The position numbers and the translations under genes were made by a program. From Phaeosaccion multiseriatum (Eukaryota; Protista; Ochrophyta, other classes), in NCBI GenBank assembly GCA_965112735.1, contig OZ218950.1, forward strand, positions 7,130,001 through 7,194,000: a DNA stretch of 64,000 nucleotides, given 5' to 3'. The notes under the pieces are model-generated. The model was not told the DNA's origin and ran no database searches. It saw nothing but the letters and a program-made list of their open reading frames with translations. Numbering within the stretch: the first letter of the stretch is position 1; each line of letters opens with the position of its first letter. Positions 52,728 to 64,000 of this stretch are shown in pieces.

Positions 52728-54606
52728 TCATGATTGAAGAGTTGTGGATGCCAAACGTAAGAGACTCTCCCTCGGGGGAAGGTCCTTGGGCGAGTTCATG
52801 GTGGTGATGGCCTTGTTGAAATCGTCTAGCGCGTTGTGGTCATCCTTCGTCGTCGTCTCCTCCCCCTCCCGCGCCGCGGCCGCTTGTTCCGCCTCCCTGG
52901 CCTCGAGGTATGCCTTGCTCTCACGGAACTTGGCGAGGAAGTTGCCTTGCAGCATGTGCCGCACCTCCAGGACGGAGGGGTGGAACACGCTGGCCCGAGC
53001 TTCCGCCTGCCAGGCCAGATCGACAGTGGAGCAACAGTGGAGCGACAGTGGAGCGACAGGAGGGGGTGGGGCGAGGCGGCCGAGGCGAGAGGGACGCGTG
53101 AGAAGAGAATGAGAAGGAAGCATCGAGGGTGGAGCAGGCATGCCTGGTGGGTAGTCCAGCCAGCAGGGGCAGCGAGGGACAGGCAAGCAGCAAAAGCAGC
53201 AGAGCACGGGGAACGCACCTGGTCGGCGCTCATGAAGACGTCCCTGTCCATGAGGCGCAGCCCCTTCGTGCGCATCCTGGTGTTGATGTTCACCTCCATG
53301 TCCGAGAACTGCTCAATGTACGTGCGGCAGATTGATGTGTAGCACTCGTACACCTGCTCAAGCAGCGGAGCAGGAGGGCCCTCCTCGCTTCCACCGCCCC
53401 CTCCTTCGCCCCCTGGCTGCACGGCTTGCGGTGGTGCCTGTCCTTCTTCTTCTTCTCGACTCCCGCCCTCCGCTATCTGCTGCTCGCGGCGCACGAGAGC
53501 GTCGTACCCCTCCACTGCCCGAAGGAAGTCGTAACTCTCGAGGCAGAGCGCTCGGCGAATGAAGTCGTAGAACAGCCTGTCCAAGACCGGATGGGCCATG
53601 ATCTCGGCCACCTCCGCACCAATCCCGTCCCCCGCGCTGTGCGGTGTTTCTGTGAAAGAAGAAAGCGGCACCACATGTCGTCCCGCTTTTCTGTTCGGAT
53701 CTGTTTTGACTTTCAAGTAGGCACTCCTGGCTATGGGGTCGCGCACCCACCGGAGGTCTCCCCACCAATACAGCGCAGCAAGTGAAGTAACAAAGCTGTG
53801 CGAAGCGAGCACGAGGTTCAGTGCCGTCGACACCTTCCATGCGTTCGTAGTCTCCTACGAGGTCGAAGAAGTAGATGACAGCCATCACTATGAAGCTCAT
53901 CGCCGTGCAGGCCATCTCCTCTGCGATGCGCAGGAGGTCGTTGGCCTGCACAATCCGTCTGCTCCAATACCCTCCAAAACCAGTCAGTATGACGAGGGGA
54001 CCGATCTGCAGTTGCCAAGGCTGCATCGCGTAGCAGTAGTAGTCGCTTCCGGACTGGAAGGGTCTGAACCACGCCACCAACGAGGCCATCACCATATTCT
54101 GCACGAAGCTGCCCGCTACCTGCTTCCATGCCCAGAATGGCGCCAGAATGAAGGCATACTTTCTACGGGTCTCCTGTTCTGCCATCGCTATCATCATCTT
54201 CAGAGCTCGCATTAAAGCGGGGATACCTGGACTCGAGAGGTGGCAGGACAAGCAAGAGGGAGTCAGCTCGGCCGTGTGTGAGGAGACGTGGACACAAAGT
54301 AAACCAGGCACAAGCAGCTGTGCAACAAGGCTCAATAAGTCACTTACCACCCAACGCGACCACCAAAAAGGATGAGAATATGATGAAGTCACACGAGACG
54401 GCCCCCCCCTCCAACCTGCAGATGCATTCGGCACTGACGACGTACACAAAAACCGATTGTCCTGCGACGGTGCATAGGAGAAGGCCGGGGTAGCGAGCCC
54501 TGATGATGGAGCAGTTCCTTCTCTGCCAAAGCTGCCGACTCTTCCGAAAGACGGCGCTCAAGTGGGCCGCATTTAGCACCAGGAGCGCGACGCTCGCGGC
54601 GTGCAT
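52728..54606 (-). pseudogene. 7TM-RGS copy 2, frameshifted
   Basis: Colinear with copy 1, but GTGGTGCAG is reduced to GTAG (5-nt loss, ~53857) after TM6, shifting the frame. There is also a 15-nt in-frame deletion. An assembly error cannot be excluded. Confidence 0.8.
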
Positions 54607-55604
54607 CCTTCGGTCCAGCCTCTTCCTTGGGCCGCTAGTAATGCGCTGGTGGAGACGCCCTGCTGCCTCTGCTCTTGTGATAATTTCCCTTCATATTTTT
54701 TTGTACTTCGTTGTGATGTCCATCATAAATACCAATTGATAAATACGAAACTGCCGCCGGAGAAGGCTGTTGTAACCGCAACCCACGGCCCCACCTACGC
54801 CCCCAGAGCCCCACCAACCACCACCACCGGACGGAGCAGGCACACCCCCACGCAGCGACCCCGCGGACAGCCCCCCACCCTCCCCCCTTCATGGGCCAGG
54901 GAGAGGACCCCCACCAGGAAGCCCACCAGGGAGCCCACCCCCCAGTCCCCCCGCCTCGCCCCCCGGCCGGTAGCCCCCCCGGAACCCCACCCCATGAAGA
55001 CCCGGACGACAACGACGACCAAGACCCCCCCCACCCCGAGGACGAAGGAGAGGACCGCTGCCTGCACTGCCTGGAGCCGCTTAACAGCGCGCCCACTGCC
55101 CCCACCACGCATGCGCACAGCACCCCCATCTGACGCCATCTTCCACAGCGCTACAGATCCACCGCACTTCCCCACCAGCTCCGACTGCGCCTACTGCCGC
55201 AGCTCGGAAACCCACGAGGACCTCATCTCCCACCTTCCTCCGGACACTGCTAGCTACACGCCTGGCCAACCCGCCTTACTAACGACCGACTCGCGTTCCC
55301 TCCTGTTGTAGGTCGATGCCATTTGTGATATGCGAATTACTGACGCACGTCGCTCAGGAGCCTGGGTTCCCCTCTCAGAGCCTGGTTGTGTAAGGACAGA
55401 GCGGCCAGCAGGCTCGCTCTCGGGATAAACTGTATTAGCTAATACACGAAACTGTCTAGCTAGTAGTCTAATTGACTATTTACACTCCACCTGGCCCCCC
55501 ACGCGATCGTGCACGCCAGATCTGCCACATCTGTGCCGAAGTCATCACTGCAGGAGAGGCGATCTCCTACCCCTGCGGTCACAGCTTCCACCCCCGCTGT
55601 CAGG

Positions 55605-56025
55605 TGTTGGAAGGCCTCAGATGAGATGGGCCATAAGTCAATGGCCCAGGCCCAGGCAGATGCGGTGAGAACGGGTGGCGTGGCTCTCACTATCCTATGT
55701 GCGAAGGTGGTCGTTTAGGACTAGCATGCGATACGTAATAGAGGCAAGGCTGGCTGCTTGGCTGGCTTTGGGGTTGTAAAACGACATGCGCACGACTGAC
55801 ATGCGCTGTCGCCTACAGATAGGATGGAACTAGACACACGGACAAGGTAACAGCAACCCCAAAGCCAGCCTAGCAGCCAGCCTTGCCTCTATTACTTATC
55901 GCATGCTAGTCCTAAACGACCACATTCGCACATAGGATAGTGAGAGCCACGCCACCCGTTCTCACCGCATCTGCCTGGGCCTGGGCCATTGACTTATGGC
56001 CCATCTCATCTGAGGCCTTCCAACA
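55605..56025. repeat. Long inverted repeat: 172-bp arms, 77-nt loop
   Basis: 55605-55776 pairs with 55854-56025; three mismatches seen by eye. Confidence 0.92.
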
Positions 56026-56280
56026 TCCCCAATGCCTATCCCGGGGCCTTCCAACATCCCCAATAGCTATCCGCCACTTCCAACACAGGCGGGCAGCATG
56101 GCCGACAGGGTGGCCACCCCCGCCCTGCAAGACCTTCACCTCGACGCCCGTGGCCGACTCCGCTGCATCAGCGTCCTCGAACAACGCGCCGGAAACGAGC
56201 CCTGCCTCACTCGCTTCCGGCCGCTCATCACCGTCGACAACATCAGGACCCACTACGCAATCAGCTCGCCGCTCACGACC

Positions 56281-56749
56281 TCCTGGACAGGGAAGCGCCC
56301 CTCCTCCTCCTTGGAGTCTGCAGCCGAGGCGAAGAGGGCCTGCAGCACAGGGGTCACAGCTGACAGCGACGCGCAGGGCGGGAGAGGACCACTCCTGGCC
56401 TTCGAGACACTGCTGCTCGCGTCCTTGTCCTTGCTGCTGCCGTCGCTCCAGGCAGCCCCCATACCACCTCTCTCCGCTGGCGCTGAATCACCAACTGCTT
56501 GGGAGGCCTGCGGCGCCTCATCGTCCGGCGGAATGCTCACCACGAGCCCGTCGAACGCTACACCCACCTCCAGCGGACACGCTCCCCCCTTGCTTGGGCC
56601 CCCTTCCCCTCCTGTACACCCAAGCTCACCCCCCGCCCCCCCGGCCTGCTCCTGCCCCAGCACGGGTACCTTTGGATACCTTTGGCTGAAGTGCGTGAGG
56701 ATGACGCGCTTCACAGCCATCTGTGACGCCACCCTCAGGGCCTCCCCTA
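56281..56749 (-). pseudogene. Second orphan RNase Z C-terminal fragment (partial segment A)
   Basis: Matches ~60890-61378 with a shortened poly-E tract. Confidence 0.88.
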
Positions 56750-56769
56750 CTGTGGGGAGGACTGACTGA

Positions 56770-57151
56770 TCGGCCGTAGATACGCCAAGCGGCCTGGGCC
56801 TATTTTGGATAACTGTCAGGCCTAGACGGCGGCACTGCCCAGAGTGCAAAGAGCCACTATGGCGCCCATAAGCCAATGAATGGGATTGAAAGCGAGAGCT
56901 TCCGTTGTCTCTTTCCGCCTCGCCTGCCCTGCGAGAAGTGCATGCCCAGGCCTACAGGTGTGCTGCTGCCACTGGCTAGGCGGCCCCACGCACGCGCCCG
57001 CGGTCACGGGGAGGCTGCCTAGAGGCTGCCTAGAGGCGGGCTAGAGGCGGGCCAGAGGCCGTCTAGGATTGAAAATGAGGGGCCTAGGTTGGCCGAACGC
57101 CGAGCGGCCTGGCAGCCCAGAGCCAAGGCCACTAGGCGTGTCTGGGGCCGA
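56770..57151. mobile_element. 382-bp TIR element (TCGG...CCGA) 3' of RGS copy 3
   Basis: Near-identical to 52318-52699; co-duplicated with the RGS gene. Confidence 0.7.
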
Positions 57152-57179
57152 CTGACGCATCCGGAGGGATACCATACAA

Positions 57180-59071
57180 TCATGATTGAAGAGTTGTGGA
57201 TGCCAATCGTAAGAGACTCTCCCTCGGGGGAAGGTCCTTGGGCGAGTTCATGGTGGTGATGGCCTTGTTGAAATCGTCTAGCGCGTTGTGGTCATCCTTC
57301 GTCGTCGTCTCCTCCCCCTCCCGGGCTGCGGCCGCTTGTTCCGCCTCCCTGGCCTCGAGGTATGCCTTGCTCTCACGGAACTTGGCGAGGAAGTTGTCTT
57401 GCAGCATGTGCCGCACCTCCAGCACGGAGGGGTGGAACACGCTGGCGCGAGCTTCCGCCTGCCAGGCCAGATCGACAGTGGAGCGACAGTGGAGCGACAG
57501 GAGGGGGTGGGGCGAGGCGGCCGAGGCCAGGCAGAGGGACGCGTGAGAAGAAAATGAGAAGGAAGCATCGAGGCGGTGGAGCAGGCATGCCTGGTGGGTA
57601 GTCCAGCCAGCAGGGGCAGCGAGGGACAGGCAAGCAGCAAAAGCAGCAGAGCACGGGAAACGCACCTGGTCGGCGCTCATGAAGACGTCCCTGTCCATGA
57701 GGCGCAGCCCCTTCGTGCGCATCTTGGTGTCGATGTTCACCTCCATGTCCGAGAACTGCTCAATGTACGTGCGGCAGATGGAGGTGTAGCACTCGTACAC
57801 CTGCTCCAGCAGCGGAGCAGGAGGGCCCTCCTCGCTTCCACCGGCCCCTCCTTCGCCCCCTTGCTGCGCGGCTTGCGGTGGTGCCTGTCCTTCTTCTGCT
57901 TCTCGACTCCCGCCCTCCGCTATCTGCTGCTCGCGGCGCACGAGAGCGTCGTACCCCTCCACTGCCCGAAGGAAGTCGTAACTCTCGAGGCAGAGCGCTC
58001 GGCGAATGAAGTCGTAGAACAGCCTGTCCAAGACCGGATGGGCCATGATCTCGGCCACCTCCGCACCAATCCCGTCCCCCGCGCTGTGCGATGTTCCTGT
58101 CAAAGAAGAAAGCGGCACCACATGTCGTCCCGCTTTGCTGTTCGGAGCTCGGAAGCTTGGCTCTGTTTTGACTTTCAAGTAGGCACTCCTGGCTATGGGG
58201 TCGCGCACCCACCGGAGGTCTCCCCACCAATACAGCATAGGAAGTGTATTACCAATGCAGTGGGCAGCGATCACGAGGTTCAGCGCCGTCGACACCTTCC
58301 ATGCGTTCGTAGTCTCCTGCACCACGAGGACGAAGAAGTAGATGACAGTCGTGGCTATGAGGCTTATCGTAATGTAGGCATTCTCCTCTCCGATGCGCAG
58401 GAGGTCGTTGGCCTGGACTATCCGTCTGCTCCAATACCCTCCAAAACCAGTCAGTATGGCGAGGGGACCGATCTGCAGTTGCCAAGGCTGCACCGCGTAG
58501 CAGTAGTAGTCGCTCCCGGACTGGAAGGGTCTGAACCACGCCACCAACGAAGCCATCACCATATTCTGCACGAAGCTGCCCGCTACCTGCTTCCACGCCC
58601 AGAATGGCGCCAGAATGAAGGCATGCTTCTTACGGGTCTCCTGTTCTGCGATCGCTATCATCATCTTCAGAACTCGCAAAATAGAGGGGATACCTGGATC
58701 GAGAGGTGGCAGGACAAGCAAGAGGGAGTCAGCTCGGCCGTGTGTGAGGAGACGTGGACACAAAGTAAACCCAGGCACAAACAGCTGCAACAAGCGTCAA
58801 TGAGTCACTTACCACCCAACGCGACCACCAAAAAGGATGAGAATATGATGAAGTCACACGAGAAGGGGGCCCCCTCCAACCTGCAGATGCATTCGGCACT
58901 GACGATGTACACAAAAGCCGATTGTCCCGCGACGGAGAATAGGAGAAGGCCAGGGTAGCGAGCCCTGATGATGGGGCAGTTCCTTCTCTGCCAAAGCTGC
59001 CGACTCTTCCGAAAGACGGCGCTCAAGTGGGCCGCATTTACCACCAGGAGCGCGACGCTCGCGGCGTGCAT
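57180..59071 (-). CDS. 7TM-RGS protein, copy 3; 3 exons, apparently intact
   Basis: Same exon structure and motifs as copy 1 (MHAASV...VALG|GIPSILR...SADQ|AEARAS...TLQS*). Confidence 0.88.
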
Positions 59072-60420
59072 CCTTTGGCCCAGCCTCTTCCTTGGGCCGC
59101 TAGTAATGCGCTGGTGGAGACGCCCTGCTGCCTCTGCTCTTGTGATAATCTGGCTCTTGTGTTGTGACTACAGCTGTATGTATATACAGCTGTGCAACCC
59201 TCTTTTGTCTTTTGTCCTTGAAGGGGAAAAACGAAAAAAAACTGCTGCCGCCGGATTTTTTGGGGACTTGATGTAACTGCCCCCCACCCCCAAGCTCTCT
59301 TAAAGGACCGGCCTTCTCCCCATTTTTCGTCCATTCTTCTCTGCAGAGCCGTACCCTGCCCTCCACTCTCGCAGGCGGAGAGCGCTTCGTGGGGAGCACA
59401 GGAGCGACCAACACCCGACTCATGACACCTGACCCATGACACCTGACACCTGACACCCAATACCTCGCACCCAACCGGACGGAGGGAGTCAAGAGCCCCC
59501 CATATCGGGGTCCTCAGTTGACCCAAGGGGTACGTGCCTACGAGCAGCGCGATGACCTCGGGGTTGGGATGAGGGGACGCCATGGCACTGCCGATCACCG
59601 CCACGTCCTCCACCGTCGACGAGTCCAAGTTGGCGTCGTTCTGACTCAGCAGCTCCAGCACTAGCAGCTGAGGGAGGGAGGGAGGGAGGGAGGGAGGGAG
59701 GGAAGGGAGGGGACGCTTAAGCAAGGGTGACATGGTCGGCCCCTAACAAGCTTCTGAGGCGACCCAGGCCAGAAACTGGAACCTGGCCCGCTGGCGAGGC
59801 TTGGCAGAGCAGCGTTGGCCCTCATCATTGCCTTATTACATGGCTTTCCCCAGAACCTGGAACCTGCCTGGCCGATTGGCTGCTGGCGCCGGTCAGAACC
59901 TGGACCTGGGTCGCCTCAGAACCTTGTCAGGGGCCGAACATGGGAGCAGCTGGGAAGGGAGGCGAGCTACACCACAGATCGTACAGTACAGTATCCTTAG
60001 CGACAAGGTGAGTGGGTGGGTGGGTGAGTGACTCGAGAGCGCCGGGAGTGGGGAGGGCAGAGTAAGGTCCATACGCACAGGACTCCTACTGAACCCCGAG
60101 CTTGGGGCTGCCTCGCTTCGTCCCACTATAGTAGCATAGAGGGGGGAGGGGAGGGGAGGGGAGGAGCCGCTCACCTTCAAGGAGGAAGGAGGTGTGTGCT
60201 CTGAGCGGGGTGGGCATGCGGACGAACGGGTATACGCGGCATATATGGGCATATGGGCCGGCTCGAGCCCGAGGAGCGACACACAGCCTTGGAGGCCAGC
60301 GTGGAGAGTCGATCGCCAGCTGCAGTAGAGCAGTGAACAACCAACGCCCTTAGCAGCAGAGCAGAGCCGCATGTATCGCCTTGGTGGAGCATAGAAGGGC
60401 AGCAGCCGTTAGTGAGCCCC

Positions 60421-60458
<38 letters not shown>

Positions 60459-60849
60459 TGGTGATACAGCAGCAGCAGTGATGGCAACAGCAGAGGGTAC
60501 AGTACACGGCAGCCACTTGCTCCACTGGGGCGGACAAAGGATGAGCGTTGTGGGTGGGGAGGAGGAGGGAGGAAACATAGAGAGGGTGTCAGGACAAAGA
60601 GAGGGGGTGAGGAGACTTTTGTTTTTTAAATTGTCCCAGGGGGGTGGGCAGTACCACACAAGTGGCCCGACTTGGGTCTTGGAAGGCTACCCATGTGCCC
60701 GTATATAAAGAGGGCAGAGCTCCTTTCCCGTGTCTGCGAGAAAGCGCGTGGTGCGTGTTAAGCTCACCAAAGAATGACAAGCCCCGACCCGCCTCCTCCC
60801 TCTCTCACTATTCAACGTAAGGCCCGAGCCCCGCTGCTCCAGTGCGTGC

Positions 60850-62375
60850 CTACCCCTCGCCTCCCCCCCCCCCCTCCTTCTCCTCCTCCTCCTGGACAGG
60901 GGAGCGCCCCTCCTCCTCCTCCTCCTCCTCCTCCTCCTCCTTGGAGTCTGCAGCCGAGGCGAAGAGGGCCTGCAGCACAGGGGTCACAGCTGACAGCGAC
61001 GCGCAGGGCGGGAGAGGACCACTCCTGGCCTTCGAGACACTGCTGCTCGCGTCCTTGTCCTTGCTGCTGCCGTCGCTCCAGGCAGCCCCCGTACCACCTC
61101 TCTCCGCTGGCGCTGAATCACCAACTGCTTGGGAGGCCTGCGGCGCCTCATCGTCCGGCGGAATGCTCACCACGAGCCCGTCGAAAGCTACACCCACCTC
61201 CAGCGGACACGCTCCCCCCTTGCTTGGGCCCCCTTCCCCTCCTGTACACCCAAGCTCCCCCCCCGCTCCCCCGGCCTGCTCCTGCCCCAGCACGGGTACC
61301 TTTGGATACCTTTGGCTGAAGTGTGTGAGGATGACACGCTTCACAGCCATCTGTGACGCCACCCTCAGGGCCTCCCCCACGGTGCAGTGGCGCTTGGCCA
61401 GTGCATCTGCCTGCAGAGTGTCGTCGAAGGTTGCCTCGTGCACAAGAAGGGACGCGCCTCTGCCTGCCGACACGAGCAGGGGGCAGGGCCGCGTGTCTCC
61501 GCTGTACACAAGCGTCTTGCGAGGGGCGTACTGCTGCTGCTGCTGTATCACCAACTGCTGCTGCTGATGGTGGTGGTGGTGGTACTCCTGCTGCTGCTGC
61601 TGGTACTGCTGGTGGTGCAGTTGCTGCCCATATGCCTGCTGCCGATGGTGCTTGTAGGACTGGTGCGTCAGCAGGAAGGCCTGTGCATGTCCGTTCAGAT
61701 GCCCATTCACGTGTGGGTGTCCACGGCCCATATGCCCGAACTGCGTCGCTTCCCAGGGGGGCTGCCCAACAAAACCCCAGGGGGGCTGCCCGTGCTGCGA
61801 CCACTGCGGTGGAGGAGGCGGAGGAGGAGGGGGCGGAGGAACCCCCTGCCCCTGCTCCAGGTGCTGCTGTATCACCAACTGCTGCCCCCCCCTGTTGGCG
61901 ACCCCCTTGGTGAGCAGCACCAGGCCGAAGGCGTCTCTACAGTGATCCACAGCCACGCTGACGAGGTCGTGCAGAGGCGAGAAGGGCCCGAGCAGCCAGT
62001 TCCGAGCCCGACTCACGCCCCACGTCAGCTCGGAGTCCTCGCCCCCAGAGGAGGCCCAACCAGACGTACTACCCCGCGGACGCTTCACACCCCTCCTGCC
62101 GTGCTGTTGCTGCTGTTGCCCATGTGCCTGGCCATGTGCCTGCCCATATGCCTGCCCATATGCCTGCCCATGCCCCTGCTCCTGCCCCCTGTTGAAGCTG
62201 CTGAAGGCCTGGCAGGTGATGCCCGTGTACACGTGTGGCCCGACGGAGCAGGGCCTACACACGTCCGAGAGATAGCTTAGCACCGCAGAGGGAGCGATGA
62301 CCACCAGGGGGGGGAGGGGGGGGGTGTCCACTGCCATCGGAGAGGGAATGGGGGAGGGAGGAGGGGGGGGGGAGT

Positions 62376-62412
<37 letters not shown>

Positions 62413-64000
62413 AGAAAGAGAGGGAAGAGTGAGAGGGAGGGATAGGGATGGCGTCTCCCAAATGCCCCCAAGCCGAATAGCCCCGTCCACCCGCTCGGAG
62501 GCCGCCCTGCTCCCCTCGCCCGAGGGCGGCCCGGACAGACGCCAGCAGGTCCAGGTACATCATGCTTACCTTTCGTCCTCCCCCCCCGGGCTCTGCTGCG
62601 CACGTCAATGAGGGCAAGCAGGCCGGTGCTGTGGTCCGCGTGTTTGTGCGATACCCACACGCAGTCCAGACGCCCTGGGAAAGGACGGGTGATGGCACAC
62701 ACACACACACACACACACGCCCATGCACACGTGACGACAGCGTTCAGAGATCAGAGGTCAAGGAACTTAGGCATGCAGGCACGTAGGCACATCTGAGCTG
62801 CCCGCTGTCCCCTCCCCGACCCTCCCTCCCTCCCTCCCTTCCTCCCTCCCTCCCTCCCTCCCTTCCTCCCTCCCCCCCCTCCCTCCCTCTCTCCCTCTCC
62901 TCCCTCCCTCCCTCCCTCCCTCCCTCCCTTCCTCCCGCCCTCCCCCTCTACCCCCCTACCCCCTCACTCACCGATCTCCCTCTCTGCCCTCTTCCGTCCG
63001 AACTGCCTGCACATCTGTCCAAAGGTGCCCTCCCCTGCATCCAGGAGGATGCGAAACACGCCGGGCGGTCTCTGTTTCGGTCCATTCCCCTGTGACTGGG
63101 CCTCAGGGGGGCCATGTGCCCGCGAATGGGCCTCCGGGAGGGCCGGAACGTGCACGAGAATGGCGCTGGAGCCTCGATTCTTGGAGGGCTTGGCACATCC
63201 CGTCCCCAGAAACCACAGCCGAGGTCTCTCCTCCTCCTCCTCCTCCTCCTCCTCCTCCTCCTCCTCCTTCTCCCCCTCTTCCTCCTCCTCCTCCTCCTCC
63301 TCCTCCTCCTCCTCCTCCTTCTCCTCCTCCTCCTCCTCCTCCTCCTCCTCCTTCTCCTCCTCCTCCTCCCCCCCCTCCTCCTCCTCCTTCCCCTCCACCT
63401 CATCCTCCTCCTGCTGCTGTTGCTGCTGCTGCTCCTCCTGCCGCTCCTCCTTCCTCCTCAGTGAAGGCCTACATGCCATCTCCCTGTCTCCGCTCCTCGT
63501 CCCTGACCCATGCCCCGCCCGTGCCTCTGACTCTGCTGCGACTCGTTCTCCAGCCGCCCCTCTTTTGCCCTCCCTCCCTCCCCGTAACTTCTCCCGCAGC
63601 AGCGCGGCGGCACTGCGATTGCCATTCTCAACCCCGGGGGGTGGGGTTATGAGGAACGGTCTGGGGGGGGGAGGCTGTACTGCCAAAGGAGGAGGGGCAG
63701 GAGGGGGAGAAGGAGGGGCAGGAGGAGGAGGAGGAGGGGCAAGACAACGGGGAGGACACCGCCGCGCCCGCCCCTCCCCGCAGGCGTGCCTCTGAACACA
63801 TGAATGCCCCTGCTCATAAGACCGCCGCTCCAGACCGAGGGCTCGGAGGCGCCTTCTCGTGTCCTTGCGAAGAGAGCGCACGTCTCGAGGGGCCCAGCGC
63901 CGCACGACCTGCGCTGAGCACCAGCCGCGCTCCGCAGATGGCAGCAGACGGTACAGGCCCAGTGGCTCCCCCTGCACGACCCTCACAGCCCCGGAGTCAT
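60850..64000 (-). CDS. ELAC2: RNase Z long form (ELAC2/Trz1-like), C-terminal half; 5' part outside the window
   Basis: FLGTGCAKPSKNR, LLDAGEGTFGQ, WVSHKHADH, VDHC, VYSGDTRP, VHEATF, KRHCT, LTHFSQRYPK; low-complexity E/Q inserts. Confidence 0.92.

Noticed and set aside
48142-59071. UNC119 next to RGS genes as a G-protein signalling cluster
   Set aside because: The duplication structure suggests the RGS copies arrived recently between UNC119 and RNase Z; nothing supports functional clustering.

Overview
This is intron-rich, GC-rich, microsatellite-laden eukaryotic nuclear DNA. Two bipartite-looking plastid targeting leaders and a UNC119 gene fit a flagellated alga with a complex plastid, probably an ochrophyte (inference). 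About 17 genes can be read by hand-splicing at GT-AG introns. They include a TrpD/YbiB-like protein, spermidine synthase, an MDR oxidoreductase, a TPR protein, C9orf85, a sugar porter, a LOG-family protein, a 2OG-Fe(II) oxygenase, UNC119 and a partial long RNase Z. The less ordinary features are: (1) three recent 7TM-RGS receptor paralogs that diverge mainly in TM5-TM7, two of them in a tandem duplication that also copied the RNase Z 3' end; (2) a set of non-autonomous TIR elements sharing TCG...CGA ends, three with 6-7 bp target duplications and one carrying a frameshifted PHD finger; (3) a 5'-truncated CRE-type retrotransposon with an 11-bp TSD and a possible shared target motif; (4) a ZIP metal transporter with two cyclic-nucleotide-binding-like domains in its loop; (5) two long near-perfect hairpins; (6) a dispersed 15-mer in CAG tracts. 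All calls come from reading motifs by eye; no searches were run.
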